Shown piece after piece: positions 14,451 to 27,699 of a stretch of DNA of 64,000 nucleotides. Made by a program: the position numbers and the translations under genes. The notes below the pieces were generated by a model. It was not told where the DNA came from. It saw only the letters and a program-made list of their open reading frames with translations, and searched no databases. Origin of the DNA: Lama guanicoe (lineage: Eukaryota); contig MU056029.1 in assembly GCA_013239625.1 (NCBI GenBank), positions 1,178,001 through 1,242,000 on the forward strand, in the 5' to 3' direction. Each line of letters starts with the position of its first letter. Position 1 is the first letter of the stretch.

Positions 14451-16591
14451 ACTAATTCCTGAGTCAAACTAATGCTAAAGGTTTTAGAAGAAAAGTGGAA
14501 ACCATCAGTGGAGGAAAAAAGGAAAGGCCAGTCAGTTCATAAAAAAAACAGAAACCAACAACAAAAACAATTATAAAAATGATAGAATGTATTGAACTGG
14601 AATCTATATCATGGAAGCATTTCAAAGAGAAAGAGAGACCGACTGTGTCAAATGAAGCCGATAAAGCAAATTGTGGATTGAGGAATCTTTTTTTTCCTGT
14701 GATAGAATTGTTCTAAAATAGGATTATGAGGGAGACACAACTCTGCACATTCACACACTCAAAAACCAAAGAATTTTGTATTTAAATGGGTGAATTTATG
14801 GCATGTAAATTATACCTCAAGAAATCTCTTTCAAAATGAAGGCGTATTTAGCACACATCTACCCAGTAGAGCTGCTCCCAGGTGTTTGTCTCACAGGGTA
14901 AATGAAAACAGATATTTAGAACAATGAGGCGTGTGTATATATACAAAAATATTTATCCATAATAACGACACTTGAACTAACCCAAATGTCCATTATTAAG
15001 AGAATGGATTAATATTTTGTAATATAATCTTACAAGGTCAAATTATTCAGCCCTACAAACAGAACAAATGGCATATTCAAATAAAAACATGTAGCTCTAA
15101 AAACATGACTTAGAGCAAAAGAGACAGACATCAAAGTACACATTGTGATTTTTTTCATTTTTATCAAGTACAGCCACCATCAAACTGATGGATGCATGTT
15201 GAGCGAGTGTATGTATTTTGACAGAGGGTATATATTCTGTGTTAATGGATATGATTCAAACATATGGTTCATGCACTGACTTTTCTGATACTGTCAAGGG
15301 TTAGGAATTTGAAAGATTTGTGAAATCATAAAATTTACATTGACACATTTCACTATATTTTTATTGTATACAGATATAAACACAAGAAAGAGGTAAGAAA
15401 AAATTGCCATTAGACAATAATGGAGAGAGTGACATTTTAGTTACAACTTTCTGCTCTGACAAGCCCCCCTCCTCCCCACTGACACTGAGCAGATAACTGG
15501 CCAATCCAGGATGTCAGTTACTGGTTGGGCTCCAGGGGGAAAGTTGGGGTGTCCCCCGGGGCTGGTTGTGGCTGGTGGCTCCACGGTAACTGGACAGAGC
15601 CCTGGGGGGAGCGGGGCCATGGAGGGGCTGCTGTCCTCCATGCAGCTTGACTTTGGGCTGATCCTGAGGCTGCTGAGGGCGGTCCTGGCTTTGCTGCCGA
15701 TCTGAGAACACAATGGCCTGTGTTCTCAGCTCATGTTCCAGAGCCTCCACTGGGAGACAGTGTTGAATCTGCCTGTCCTCGCCTTATTGGTGGGTGTGTA
15801 TTAATTTTACTGATTTTTCCAATTTTTTCATCTTTTGAGAAAAATATAGAGTTGACTTCTTTTTTGAGGTCAGTTTTTACTAAGGTAAAATTCACACACA
15901 GCAAAGCCCCTCACTGTGAATCTTTCATTTTTTTCGTTTCCAGCTTTGTTACATTGCAATAGCGGTCACTGTGCTTTGCTCAGTTTGCTTCCGTAGATGC
16001 ATCTGATGCTTTTAAATGATGTATCTAGTGAAGATTTTCTTATAGGTTTAATTTAACTCAATTACTAAAATATTCTCTTTCTGGAGTCTACTGAGTATCT
16101 TGTGTATTCAAGGAGTTTTCTCCACGATAAATATTGGGGATTCAAATGATTCTTGACTGTGTGTGATCTCTGAGGACTGTCTGAGTAATTAGCCTTTTCT
16201 GCAAGTTTTCCTTTGCCTGGACATAAGGAGTTTTACCCTGTGGATATGCAGAATGATGTTTAACCAAAGACTCAAATGTGCTGCCATCCACATCTCTGAA
16301 GCTCTTTTTCCGTGCACCTGCTTCTGCTCTGGGACTGTTGTCTCCAAATTACAGTAACCTTAGCGTCTTGAAACTCTGATTGCTGGTCCGCAACCCAGCA
16401 AGCCTGCCAGACTCTCTTTGAATGACCTTTTGTTGCACCAAGTCTGGAAATTACCTGCAGGCGGAAATTGAGTAACGACAGGTGTTGCCCTGTGTGTTTT
16501 TCTTCTTGGCCGTCCCATCTCTGCGTCCACTAGAGCCCAGGGGTGGGGTCAACAGATAAACTGCTACTCAGCACAGCCCTGGCTGCCCCAG

Positions 16592-17335
16592 TGTGGGAAA
16601 CCCTCCCTCCATTGCTCCTGAACATTCTGGAGATGATGCAGACCAGGTGATGCAGGGAGACCGGCTGTGAGACCACAAAACGCCTCACCTCTTTGTGACT
16701 AGTTCCTGGATGCTCCTGAATACACTGAGACAGGAGGGAAGGGGGCAGGGCACAGCCATTAAAGGAACAACACAGCAATTAGCATCGAGACAGCAGAGAA
16801 TTCAGCTCTCAGTAGACCTTGAGGCCCATGACGGCAGGAGATTTGACTCCCAGTGGACCGTGAGCTTCATTATAGACTCACTGTAATAAATATGTTAGCA
16901 TGGTAAGTGACACATCCACTGGTGCCATGACAGCTCCCAGGCTGGCCATAAAAGGTCCAAAAGTGGGCGGTGGCCCAATTCCTGGGAATCCCAGCCCCTT
17001 CCCCAAAGTAGTTGGAATAATCCTCCTACTTGGTAGCATTTGAAATAACGGAGCTCATAAAAACTACCCCCCCCACCTTGTGGCCATTCTAGCTGACCAC
17101 ATGCCCTAAGGCCACCGCCTTCCCTTCTGAGAAAGATGGCCTGCATTCTGTCCACGGAATGTGTGTCTCCTACGCCTTTCCCTTGCCTTCTGAGACAGCC
17201 CACACTCGGTCTATGGAGTGTGTACCTCTCTGAATAAATCTATCTTTACTCAACTGCAGCTCACTCTTGATTACTTTCCTGCATGAAGCGAAGGACCCTT
17301 GCTTGACAGGGACCTGGGACACGGCCATCCTCTCA
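16592..17335 (+). mobile_element. MER41-like ERV1 solo LTR (boundaries approximate)
   Basis: 'cactggtgccatgacag' and 'gaataatcctcc' resemble MER41 core motifs. AATAAA at ~17233. No adjacent internal ERV sequence. Confidence 0.65.
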
Positions 17336-19749
17336 AGCTCCATTTTCCTTGGATCAATATGACCCAAACAGAAGTCTGATTTTCAAACATTTTGGTGCAA
17401 AAGTTGGAATTGGACAGGTAATGGGAAAAAAGCCAGATGGGAAAAATAGGATAATTACACATCTTTTTGCTTAATCTCAACAACATTCATGTACAAACTT
17501 CCAAGTTAAGAGTAAGTAAACACTCCTGGGATAAAGCTCTTACCACTAAGGGCGAGGCCAGACATTCACCTGGACGTTGTCATGGTCTTTTAGACACAAA
17601 TAAGCCATGAATGGAGCTGAGGTTACTTTCTCAATGCCCAGCATCCTCACTGGAGGATGACGATGTGTTCTCAGTCTAGGATCTTGGTGATTTCGAGTTG
17701 TCAGAAGTACGGTATTAACAGATAAGCACCAACAATAAAGATAAAGAAGTCAGAAGCTACCTGGGGCTCTCCATTTCACTTAATAAGAAGAGAGTGCACC
17801 CGTGGTTCTCATCTTCATGGATGTCTATAAGGAGCCTTGGTAAACATAGGAGAGCCAGAGCTGGATTCCATCTATGGTCAAAAGGCGCACAAACATGGTG
17901 GCTCCTTGACAGTATTAATCATGTTACTGTTGATGCCAACGTGAGTCATGTGAGGGGAACTGAGCAGGAGAAGCTTGTAAACAGACTTCACTTGGTAATA
18001 ACTACCGTCCATGGCTTTATTTTTCTCCCAGTGTGACATTAACTGCAAATGTCTACATCAGATTTTGACTCATCCAGTTCGAACAATGTGATCTGAAGTC
18101 ATACTTCATTTCTACTGTCAGGGAAACTGGTTGAACTGCATCACACAACAGATAGAAAATTCTCCCTTATGCTGTGGGGTGTTGTACTACAGATACAAGC
18201 ACATTTGCGGAATCAGAGACAGACGGCATCGCATGCAAGGTTTTGAAGGCGGAGAAATTCTCAGAACAAAGCTCAGGATTTATTTGGATTTGCTCACTGG
18301 AAACTATACGGATTCTCTAAATATTCCCCTTCAGTTCGAAGCTGCTCATTAACTATTCTGCCTACAGGGCTTAGTTAAGCTCCTCTGAAACTGGCTCCTG
18401 TCCTGGGGGAAGCTGGTTCAGGGATCGCATCCTTGGAACTTGGCACACACTGGTCCCTCCACCTGTCATCACTGTTACCCAAGGACTGACTCTGGGCTGC
18501 CTCTGAAACAGACTCTTAGCTGCGGTGCCTCCAGGTTTCTTGGTACCTGGCTTTCTTCTTGTCTGTATTCATGGTTCCACAGGAAATTAGCAAGATGCTC
18601 CACTGCAGGAAGGGAGTTAGAGGCTTTTTTTGACATTAAAAATATCTCATCTGCGTGAGGGCATTTTATAAAGAACTTAATGTACGTATGGGCTGTATTG
18701 AATTATTTTTACTGTCAGTATGTGTGACCAGAAATGCATGCTGACAACTCTATCCTTGATCCACATTGCCCACCTGGTTGCATGCCAGCCCGTGACAGGC
18801 CCCAGAAACTCTTGGTTCTGAGTGCTTGCTTGCATCCCATTGCTGGGCGTGCTCTGTGCAGACAGCGTTGTGCAGGTGGTGGACAGCCTTTCTGGGGAAC
18901 AGGGAAGTAGCTGAGTGGCAAATGTCAGGGACAAGTGAAGATGTACCTTGACACTTGTCACTCACTGGCAAAGCTCAGCCATGACGGGGAGACGCTTCAT
19001 GGAGCATGAGAACCAACACCAGCGGCCGGAAAGAGAAAGTGAACTCTCAGCAAGTTAGAAGCCAGGATGCTTCAACAACAGGGCACAACCGCGGTCTGGA
19101 ATCACGCCTGGGAACATTAGAATTCTGCAAGCACAGACATTAGAGATTCAGGAGAAACCTTCTTCTTAACTGAGCATTTTCCGCTTTGTTTTCAAAGTAA
19201 TTCTATCAATGAATTGTGCGGGAGGGGATACGGAAGAATAAGCTGACTCTGTTTCTTTAATCTTTCACATATAATCACTTATGAAAAAATAACAAGCAGA
19301 TGCAGAACAAGACCATTCTCACTGGAAAGATACACCTTCACTACGGCGCTCAGATGTGGAACTGAGTTGCCACTGGACCCATGTTTGTTGAAAATTGCTT
19401 GCGGTCTTTAAAAATACCTCAGTTCAACTGGTACAAATTGAATAACAGTTACCCACCTTCCAAATCAATAAAACGATATTTTAGTGACCAGACCGCCACA
19501 TCATTCAGCAGCATACTGTTTAGAACCCAAACTTAATAACCCGGATTTCTGCTGTCCGCTACGACTGGGTAGCTTTCGGGAGACCAATCCCCCTGCTTAG
19601 AACAAGCAGGAAAAAATTGATAAAAACAGAAAAAAATACAGGAGAGGGTATGAAAGAGCTATTAAGGTAGCCAGAATTTGAGGGGCCAGAATTCTGGAAA
19701 GAAAACAAATTCACAGAGGTGAACGTGACCTTCTACGCCTTGTTTGTTC

Positions 19750-20197
19750 TGCTCTGTTCATCCACCGTTCAGTGTGCTCCAGCAGACTTCCAGCTGCCAG
19801 AATGTGCGTTTCCAGATGATCTGTTTTTTTCTGAAACCTTAGAACACTGTTCTAAGTGGTATCAGTCTATATACTGCAGGGAGGAAGTGTAACTGACCCT
19901 GCATCCTTCCCAAAGCGGCCCCTGGGAGTTGGTACAAAAACACTCCAGACCTCGCAACAGTTGGGTACCGTATATCTGAGATGTGTGTTTTACATCATTT
20001 TCTAGACTTTCGCTGGAGGATTCGGCCCCAGTTGTTTAGTATGATAACCGGCTTAGTAACCTGACTTTTATTTGCTGCTTTCCTTTCTCTGAATCACTTC
20101 CCTGTGCCACTGTCTGTGTCCGCTGCACTCCCTGAATAAATCACTTTTACTCCAATACTTATCTCAGGGTCTGCTTCTAAGGCAGCCAAATTAATGA
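19750..20197 (+). mobile_element. ERVL (LTR16/LTR33-like) solo LTR
   Basis: Typical ERVL LTR end 'aataaatcacttttactccaatacttatctcagggtctgcttct'. Confidence 0.55.
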
Positions 20198-20382
20198 TTC
20201 AGAAGCTGTGTGGGGGCAGAGGCTGTGAAGCTGAAGAGAAAGCAGCTGCTATGAGGCAGAGAAGCTGAAAAGAGATTTTGGACATCTCACAGGGCTAATG
20301 AGATAAAAACTGAGGCTCAGAGCAGAACATGAGAGGTCTCCGGATAAAAAAGGGAAACACAGAAAAGTGATTCCAAGAGTTC

Positions 20383-20882
20383 TGAGACAGGCTGGGACCT
20401 GGGTCCCTTCGCTACAGCGTTTGCACTGACTGGGACCTGTGCTTGCACCTGGACGAACGTCTCCTCTCCTCCAGCAACAGGATACGAAGGAACTATAAGG
20501 GACCAAAAATAAGCGCATGCATGTGCAGTCGGGGCGGATTACGAACAGCAAGATATAAAGAGACCAAAAACCCAACTGCCACTTCTGGGGTGTCCAGGCC
20601 AAAAGCAGGGTGCTGTGCGTGATCCCTGCACACAGCCCACCAAGGGGGCAGGCAGGCCACCTAAGCCACTGCTGCGGCCTGATGCCTGGGCCAGCCCCTA
20701 CCTTCGCCTCATCTAAGGGACTAGCTCGCCCCCGTACTCGAGGAGTGAGCAACGGAATCTGTTGCTTGTTTCCGTTCCCTCATGTTTCAGCACAAGCCCC
20801 AGTAAAGCCTTGCCTCACTTTCTCACCTGGCCTCTTATCAATTTCTGTTATTTAAGGAGTCCAAGAACCTGGGTCGATGTCG
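20383..20882 (+). mobile_element. ERV1-type solo LTR, relatively CpG-rich
   Basis: Starts 'tgagacaggctgggacc'. Has an AGTAAA polyA-like signal and a 'tccaagaacctgggtcg' U5-like end. Interrupts L1-5'-like sequence. Confidence 0.65.
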
Positions 20883-21298
20883 GCGTGACGTGTTGTTGTC
20901 CTGAGGCACTAATTCCTAAGCAGCACAGGGGAGGCAAGACGCAGGGGCTGAGCTGAAAGTAGGGGCCAGCCGGCTGAAGGGCTGAGGAGAGCTGCCAGCA
21001 CTCTCCCTGCTCTGAGGAGACCAAAGTTGGAGCCCAGAGCCAACCAAGAGGGACAGGCCAGGGAAACACACTAGACTGTCCTGTGTGACTCTTGCAAACT
21101 GCAAAGTAAAAGAAAGAGTAAACCAGAAATTCAGCAATGACCTAGCGAAACTCAGCCTTACGCCTGATTGCATTAAATCTGCTTTTACTCCAGCTCCTCA
21201 CAAGGAGCTAAAGAATATCCTTTCTGGTAGAAGAAATATCAAGCAGAGAACTGGCAGCTTTTGAACTTGCAGTGCCAGGCAAGACTCTGTATCTAGAA

Positions 21299-21506
21299 CT
21301 GTGCTGCTCAGTATGCTAGTCACAAGCCACGTGTGGCTATTTGCATTTAAATGTATTAAAAGTAAATAAAATAAGATGATACGTCACCAGTCACACTAGT
21401 CCTATTTCAAGTGCTCGAAAACTGCACGTGGCTAGTAGTGCTCATACTGGACAGCACACAGATGAAACCTTTCCATCAGCATGGAAAGTTCTGTGGAACA
21501 GTGCTG
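21299..21506 (+). mobile_element. MER3 (hAT-Charlie) non-autonomous DNA transposon
   Basis: Close to the MER3 consensus ('agccacgtgtggctattt...atttcaagtgctc...gaaagttctgtggaacagtgctg'). Flanks ATCTAGAA / AGCCAGAG fit a decayed 8-bp hAT TSD. Confidence 0.9.
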
Positions 21507-21529
21507 AGCCAGAGCTTTTATAGTTTAAA

Positions 21530-22620
21530 ACACTTGTCTGGCATTTAATCAAATTTAAAAGGCATATCAAGATCTAGAACCAAAAAAAAAAAACCCAACA
21601 ATAAAATTATAACCATAGTGATCCAGATATTGGAGTTATCAGATGCTTAAGGAATAGATGACAGGATGGAGAAATTCTTAAGAGAATTGAAATCTGTATA
21701 AGAGAATTAAATGGAAATTCTAGAACTGAAAAATATAATGACATATTGAGAACGGGTCAAATAGCAGAGGAGATACAACTGAAGAGAGAAATCATCACCC
21801 TGAAGACAGGCCTTTACGAAATAACCAGTCCAAGACATGGAGGGAGAAACAAGTAAGGGAAAGGCAGAAAAGAGAATAAAAGCATCAGAGGACAGTAAAA
21901 AGGTGTAGTATAATAGTAATTAAAGCTACAGAAAGGAACAGTAGATACAATGGCATAAAAACATTTGTAGAGATAATGCCTGAGACATTTCTAAAATTGT
22001 TAAGAAGAGATTAAGCCACAGATTCACAAAAACTATGAAACCAAAGTGAGATAAACAGAAAGAAAACTGCACTTAAATACATTATAATACAACTTTTAAA
22101 AATCAGAATCAAAGAAAAATGCATTAGATGCATGTCCAAAAATATAAAAATCAGCTTCAAAGAACAGTAAGACTGACAGTAGACTTCTAATAGAAACTGG
22201 GGGATGCGGAGGGGGGATAAAAGACAATGAAATGACATCTTTTAAGTGGTGAAAGAAATTAGTTGCTGAGGAGAGGGTATAGCTTAAGAGGTAGAGCACA
22301 TGCTTAGCATGCATGAGGTCCTAGGTTCAAGCCCTGGCACCTCCTCCAAAAATAAATAAATAGACCTAATTACCCCCCAAAAATAAATAATTTTTTTAAA
22401 ATAAGAAAACAATTTCCAACAATTCTATATTCATTGTAAACATTCTTCACTACTGAAGGAAAAATAAAGATACATAAGACAAAAAAGTCTTAGAGGAATT
22501 TGTGCCAGTACACTTGCACTGAAAGATACATACTAAAAGGAATCCTTCCAGTAGACAGAATATAATTGCTAAAGAAACATGGCAGTGCAGGAAGGAACAA
22601 AGAGCTACATTAGTGGTAAA
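21530..22620 (+). mobile_element. Old L1 ORF1 fragment
   Basis: 'atggaaattctagaactgaaaaatataatgac' (MEILELKNIMT) is the ORF1p coiled-coil, followed by further ORF1-like text. Confidence 0.7.
22269..22400 (+). mobile_element. Vic-1-like tRNA-derived SINE (camelid)
   Basis: 'gggtatagcttaagaggtagagc' (A box), 'ggttcaagccc' (B box), tail 'aaataaataaatagacctaattacccccc'. Confidence 0.85.
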
Positions 22621-22859
22621 TAGGTAAGTCTGAGTTAATATTGAATGTATAAAACATGCTGCTTATACAGATGGTAATATGATAATAATAACTTATTGGG
22701 TTAAAATGTATGTAGGGTTTAAATTGATAACAATAATTTTCTAGGATGTAGAAAATAATTCGTGTTAGTCACTACTTAAAGACTGCTTATCGTAATTTCC
22801 ATGGTAAACAAAAAGAATAGCATAGCTAAAAAACTGTTAGGGAATTAGCATTAAAAATT

Positions 22860-24680
22860 GAGATACTGAAGGATAAATCTAACAAGACACGTTCAAGATC
22901 TGTATGAGGAAAACTATAAAACTACCACTCTGATGAAAGAAATCAAAAGATCTAAATAAATAGCGAGATAGACCCTGTGCATAGAATAGGAAAACTCAAT
23001 ATTGTCAAGATGTCAGTTCTTCCCACCTTAACCTATAGATTCAACGCATTCTCAATCCAAATCCCAGAAAATTATTTTGTATATATTGAAAAACTGATTT
23101 TAAAGTTGATCTATGAAGGCAGAAGTCCCAGAATAGCCAACACAGTATTGAAGGAGAAGAACAAAGTCAGAGGACAGACATCACCTGATGGCAAGACTTA
23201 CTATAAAGATACAGTAATCAAGACAGAGAGGAACTGGTGGAGAATGGACATACAGATGTACAGAAGAGAACAGTGAATGCAGAAGCAGACTCACATAAAG
23301 GTAATCAATTGCCCTGGGGAAAAGAGCAGAGGCTATTCAATGAAGACTGGACGGTCTTTTTAACAAACAATGCTGAGGCAATTGGGCGTCTACATGCCAA
23401 AACAAACCTTCCAGACACAGATTTTACTCCTTTCACAAAAATTAACTTGAAATGGATCATAGAGTTAAATGTAAACTGTAAAACTATTAAAGCCAGAAAG
23501 AGAAAGAAAAATACCATATGATATCACTCATATGTGGAATCTGAAAGAAAAAAGGAAGAAAGAAAGAAAAAAGAGGACACTAATGAACTCATCTACAAAA
23601 CAGAAAGAGACTCACAGACATAGTAAACAAACTTATGGCTACCAGGGTGAAAATGGGTGGGAAGGGATAAATTGGGAATTTGAGATTTGTAAATATTAAC
23701 TGCTACATATAAAATAAATAAATAACAGATTTCTTCTGTATAGCATAGGGAACTATATTCAATATCTTGTAGTAACCTATAATGAAAAAGAATATGAAAA
23801 CAAATATATGTATGTATATGTATGACTGAAACATATGTTGTACACTAGAAACTGACACATTGTAACTGACTGTACTTCAGTTTAAAAAAAAAAAAACTTC
23901 TACAAGTAGCATAGGAGGAAATCTGGGTAACCTGGAGTTTAGGGTCGACTTCTTAGATAACAATGCAAAAAGCGTAATTCATGAAAGAAGAAAATCAATA
24001 AGCTGGATTAAAATTAAAAACTTCCCTCCTACAAAAAACACTGTTAAGAAAATTAGAAGACAAGCCACAGACTGGCAAAACACATATCTGATAAAGTACT
24101 GATATCCAATTATTCAAGGAACACTTACAACTCAACAGTAAGAAAACAAGCAACCTGATTAAAAAAATAAGCAGAAGATCTGAACAGACACTTAACTACA
24201 GAAGATACGCAGATGCCAAATAAGCATGCGGAAAAGTACACGGAAAAGTACACAACAGTGTATGTCATCAGGGAATTGATGAAAGTAACTAAAACAACAA
24301 TGAGGTCCCACTGTGTAACTATTAGAATGGCTAAAATCCAAAACACTGACAACACCAAATGCTGAAAATGATGTGAAGCAACAGGAATTCTCATTCCTTG
24401 CAGATCGAAATGCAAAACAGCGCAGCTACTTTGGAAGACAGTTCGGTGGTTTCTTACAAACCTCAGCATCCTCTTACCATATGATCCACATGATCAGTGG
24501 TTGCTTAATATTCAGCGGGAGGGAGGAAGGGGTGAATAGGAGGAAAAATGGGGGATTTTTAGGGAAGTGAAATGAAACTCCTCTATATGATCCTGTAATG
24601 ATGGATACTTGCCATTACAGGTCTGTCAGAACCCGTAGAATTTATAGCATCAACAGTAAACCACAGTGTAAACTATGGAT
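22860..24680 (+). mobile_element. Old L1 ORF2 C-terminal part and 3' UTR
   Basis: ORF 22977..23276 'IGKLNIVKMSVLPTLTYRFNAFSIQIP' is L1 ORF2. Interrupted at ~23495-23895 by a younger L1 tail. Confidence 0.85.
23495..23896 (+). mobile_element. Young lineage L1 3' end with polyA
   Basis: Highly similar to 49228-49600. Ends 'actgactgtacttcagttt' plus A-run. Confidence 0.85.
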
Positions 24681-25504
24681 GTGTTAAGAGTTAAAAATAA
24701 AACTGGATCAACTTGGTGGGTCTACATACATGCCCTGGTTCCCAGAGAAGAGACACTTGGACACGTGGATACAGTAAGAACATCATTAAACAAAGAGCGA
24801 TGGTTGCTACCTAGTTACTTTGGTCCCCTCCTTCCAGTAAATCAGTGACCCTCAGATGAAGTTGTCACGTTGGCAGGGCAATTGCCTCATATCATTATAA
24901 AGAGGAAGAGTGCAGACAGGAGTTAGTTCCAAGTGTGCAACATAATGACTCTAATGCTCTGTTTTCCAATCCGATCGCTGGTTACGTAGGTGTGTTTATT
25001 TGTGAGTACTTATGCTCTGTACTTACTAGTTATCAAACTTCTGTTCAAACTTATACATAAATTAAAAATTGTAAATGTGCCTACTCTTTCAGCATACAAT
25101 TGTGTTTTTAAGAATTTGTCCAAAGGAAACATTTGGATGAGTAAATAAAATGATATGTACATGATAAATAATAACTGGAATGATGTTTCATAATAAATGA
25201 TTATTTCTACCAAAAATATTGAACAACTTCTGCAGTTCAAATTACAGTACTTAGAATCTGGACAAATGGAAAGAAGAAAAGAAAGAAAGGAAGAAAGGCA
25301 GGAAGGAAGGAACTACTAGTCCCTTACATAGAAAATCTTTAAACATTAACAAATAGTGGGCCCAGAGGAGGATGAATTTTGACTGATTGAGTTGATTGAG
25401 TTTGAAGGTTGAGGGTGATTGGTAACCAGATAATTTTTTTTTATGGACATGTAGTCAGTTTATAAATTCAACAGTAACTGTATAATATCTACAACATTTT
25501 CATG

Positions 25505-25752
25505 TTTTTTTAATTGAGGTATAGTCACTTTACAATGTTGTATCAATTTCTGGTGCCCAGCACAATGCTTCAGTTATACACGAATATACATATATTCATT
25601 TTCACATTCTTTTTCACTGTAAGCTACTATAAGATATTAAATATATTTCCTTGTGCTGTACAGTATAAACTTGTTTATCTATTTTATATATACCACTCAG
25701 TATCTGCAAATCTCAGACTCCCAGTTTATCCCTTCCCACCCCTCTCTCCCTG
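25505..25752 (-). mobile_element. Young L1 3' end
   Basis: Same tail family as 26890-27135 and 31474-31790. Confidence 0.85.
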
Positions 25753-26242
25753 AGATAAGTTTTAAGTGTGAAGTTACATTGTAGCTGAATTTTTGAAGAT
25801 AAATAAAAAATTATCAGATGATTCGTTTCCATTGAATACGTGCCTTCACAAGATTTCCTGCAAAATTTTGTTGTCGAAGCCCTTTTCTTTCCAAGACACC
25901 ATCAGCCAGAGAACACACTTTTATTCACACAAAATTATTAGGGATTATTTTCCGCAGGCAGTGTGGAGCAATCTAAAAGCATCATGATGACAGTAAGTAA
26001 TATATTTATTTTCCTAATTCTCCTTCTGAATAGGTGTGTGATCTTAGGCAAGACTAACCTGTCTGGGTTTCCAAACATGTAAAATGATAACATTTGAAGT
26101 TCCATTTGGTGCTAAAACACTGTTTTTAAACTTGGAGGCACTTAATGCTAAAATCCCTAAGGGTCTAGATGCTTCATTAGAATTCAATGAAAATTTTATT
26201 TAAAATTATAACAAAATTACATAAGGCAAATTAAGGTGATAC

Positions 26243-26243
<1 letters not shown>

Positions 26244-26273
<30 letters not shown>

Positions 26274-26298
26274 CATTATTATTATTATTACTATTATT
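26244..26298 (+). repeat. (TTA)n microsatellite
   Basis: Read directly from the sequence. Confidence 0.95.
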
Positions 26299-26879
26299 TA
26301 GTTTCTGTGTATGCTTTATAATAATTTTGCTAGAGTTTCAAACACAAAATACACACAGCAAGATGACCATAGCTCATATTGTGATGATTATTAATACTTG
26401 TGTCATTGGTGAAAAGTGGAAGTCTTTAATACATAAATTGAAGATATCATGGACTCACCTGGTTTCATAAATGGTGTAAAGTTTTCTGTGTTCTTTGACT
26501 GCATTCCTGGAAAAAAAATGAAAGAAGGATAAAATGTAAGTTTCAAATTTATTGCTAAGATCTGAAATTCCGTCAATAAGCATATTCTCAAATTGTGTCT
26601 ATTTGGTGGTGAAATGCCTCTACTAGCTTTTTGATGAATTTCAAGAAATGATATTTAAGAAATGTGCACACATTTTAAAAAGCAATATGCATTACATTAG
26701 ATAAGCTTAAATGTTTACCAAACCACGGCTTACATTTTGGTGGAGAAGACAGAAAACAAACAATAAAAAAAGATAATTTTAAATAGTGGTATGTGCAGTG
26801 ATATAAATAAAACAAAGTAGTATAATAGAAAATGATTTGAAAGAAGCCATAGTAAATAGGACAGCAAGAAAAGCTTTTA

Positions 26880-27135
26880 TTTTGGAATTTTATTTTATTG
26901 AGTTATAGTCAGTTTACAATGTTGTGTCAATTTCCAATGTGGAGCACAATTTTTCAGTTATACATGAACATACATATATTCATTGTCACATTCTTTTTCA
27001 CAGTGAGCTACCACAAGCTCTTGTATATATTTCCCTGTGCCATACAGTATAATCTTGTTTATCTATTCTATATATACCTGTCAGTATCTACAAATTTCAA
27101 GCTCCAGTCTGTCCCTTCCCACCCCCTCTCCCCCA
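26880..27135 (-). mobile_element. Young L1 3' end
   Basis: Same tail family. Imperfect flanking repeat aagaaaagctttt / aagaaaccttgtt. Confidence 0.85.
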
Positions 27136-27699
27136 AGAAACCTTGTTGAGGAAATGAAATTTTCAATTTCCAGTTGAAATCTGAATCAGGGGAAAACTTA
27201 AGCATAAGATTTGTGGGAAAACAGAAGGATTATCGAATAACAGTTATATATTGATGACTGTGTACAAGGCGTTATTTTTCACATACTGAAAGAGTCACTG
27301 AAAACAAAAGTAATCGAAGTAAAGCAGTGGAGATGAAATCCATAACTGAAGGTCATGGTACCACTATTGACAGCGAAAACCCACGTGTCAGAGACGTGGA
27401 GGAAGGACTAGTGAGGGGCGTGGCCTCTAGCCTTTCCAGCGCCTCTCAGCATCCTGGTCAAGGGCTGTCTCAGCAGGATATGAGCTCACAAATAAAGCTC
27501 TCCGATGTTTGAGAAACACATCCAGAACTAAGAAGAAAAAAACGAGGCAACATTTTCCACATGAAGTGAAATTATGGGAAAACGTGGGAAAATAGCAAAA
27601 AAAAAAAAAAAGATGGAGCAAGGAAATAAAATAAGCAAAATAAGTATCTCAAAGAGGGAAGAGAACATTAGCAGCAAAGGAATAAGATATAAAAAAGAG

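Noticed and set aside
22269..22345. tRNA gene
   Set aside because: A and B boxes are present but are followed by the SINE-specific tail, and related copies occur at ~13630 and ~36861.
24229..24253. Small tandem duplications (also ~42198, ~50521, ~58884)
   Set aside because: Ordinary 10-15 bp slippage or repair duplications, not an array.
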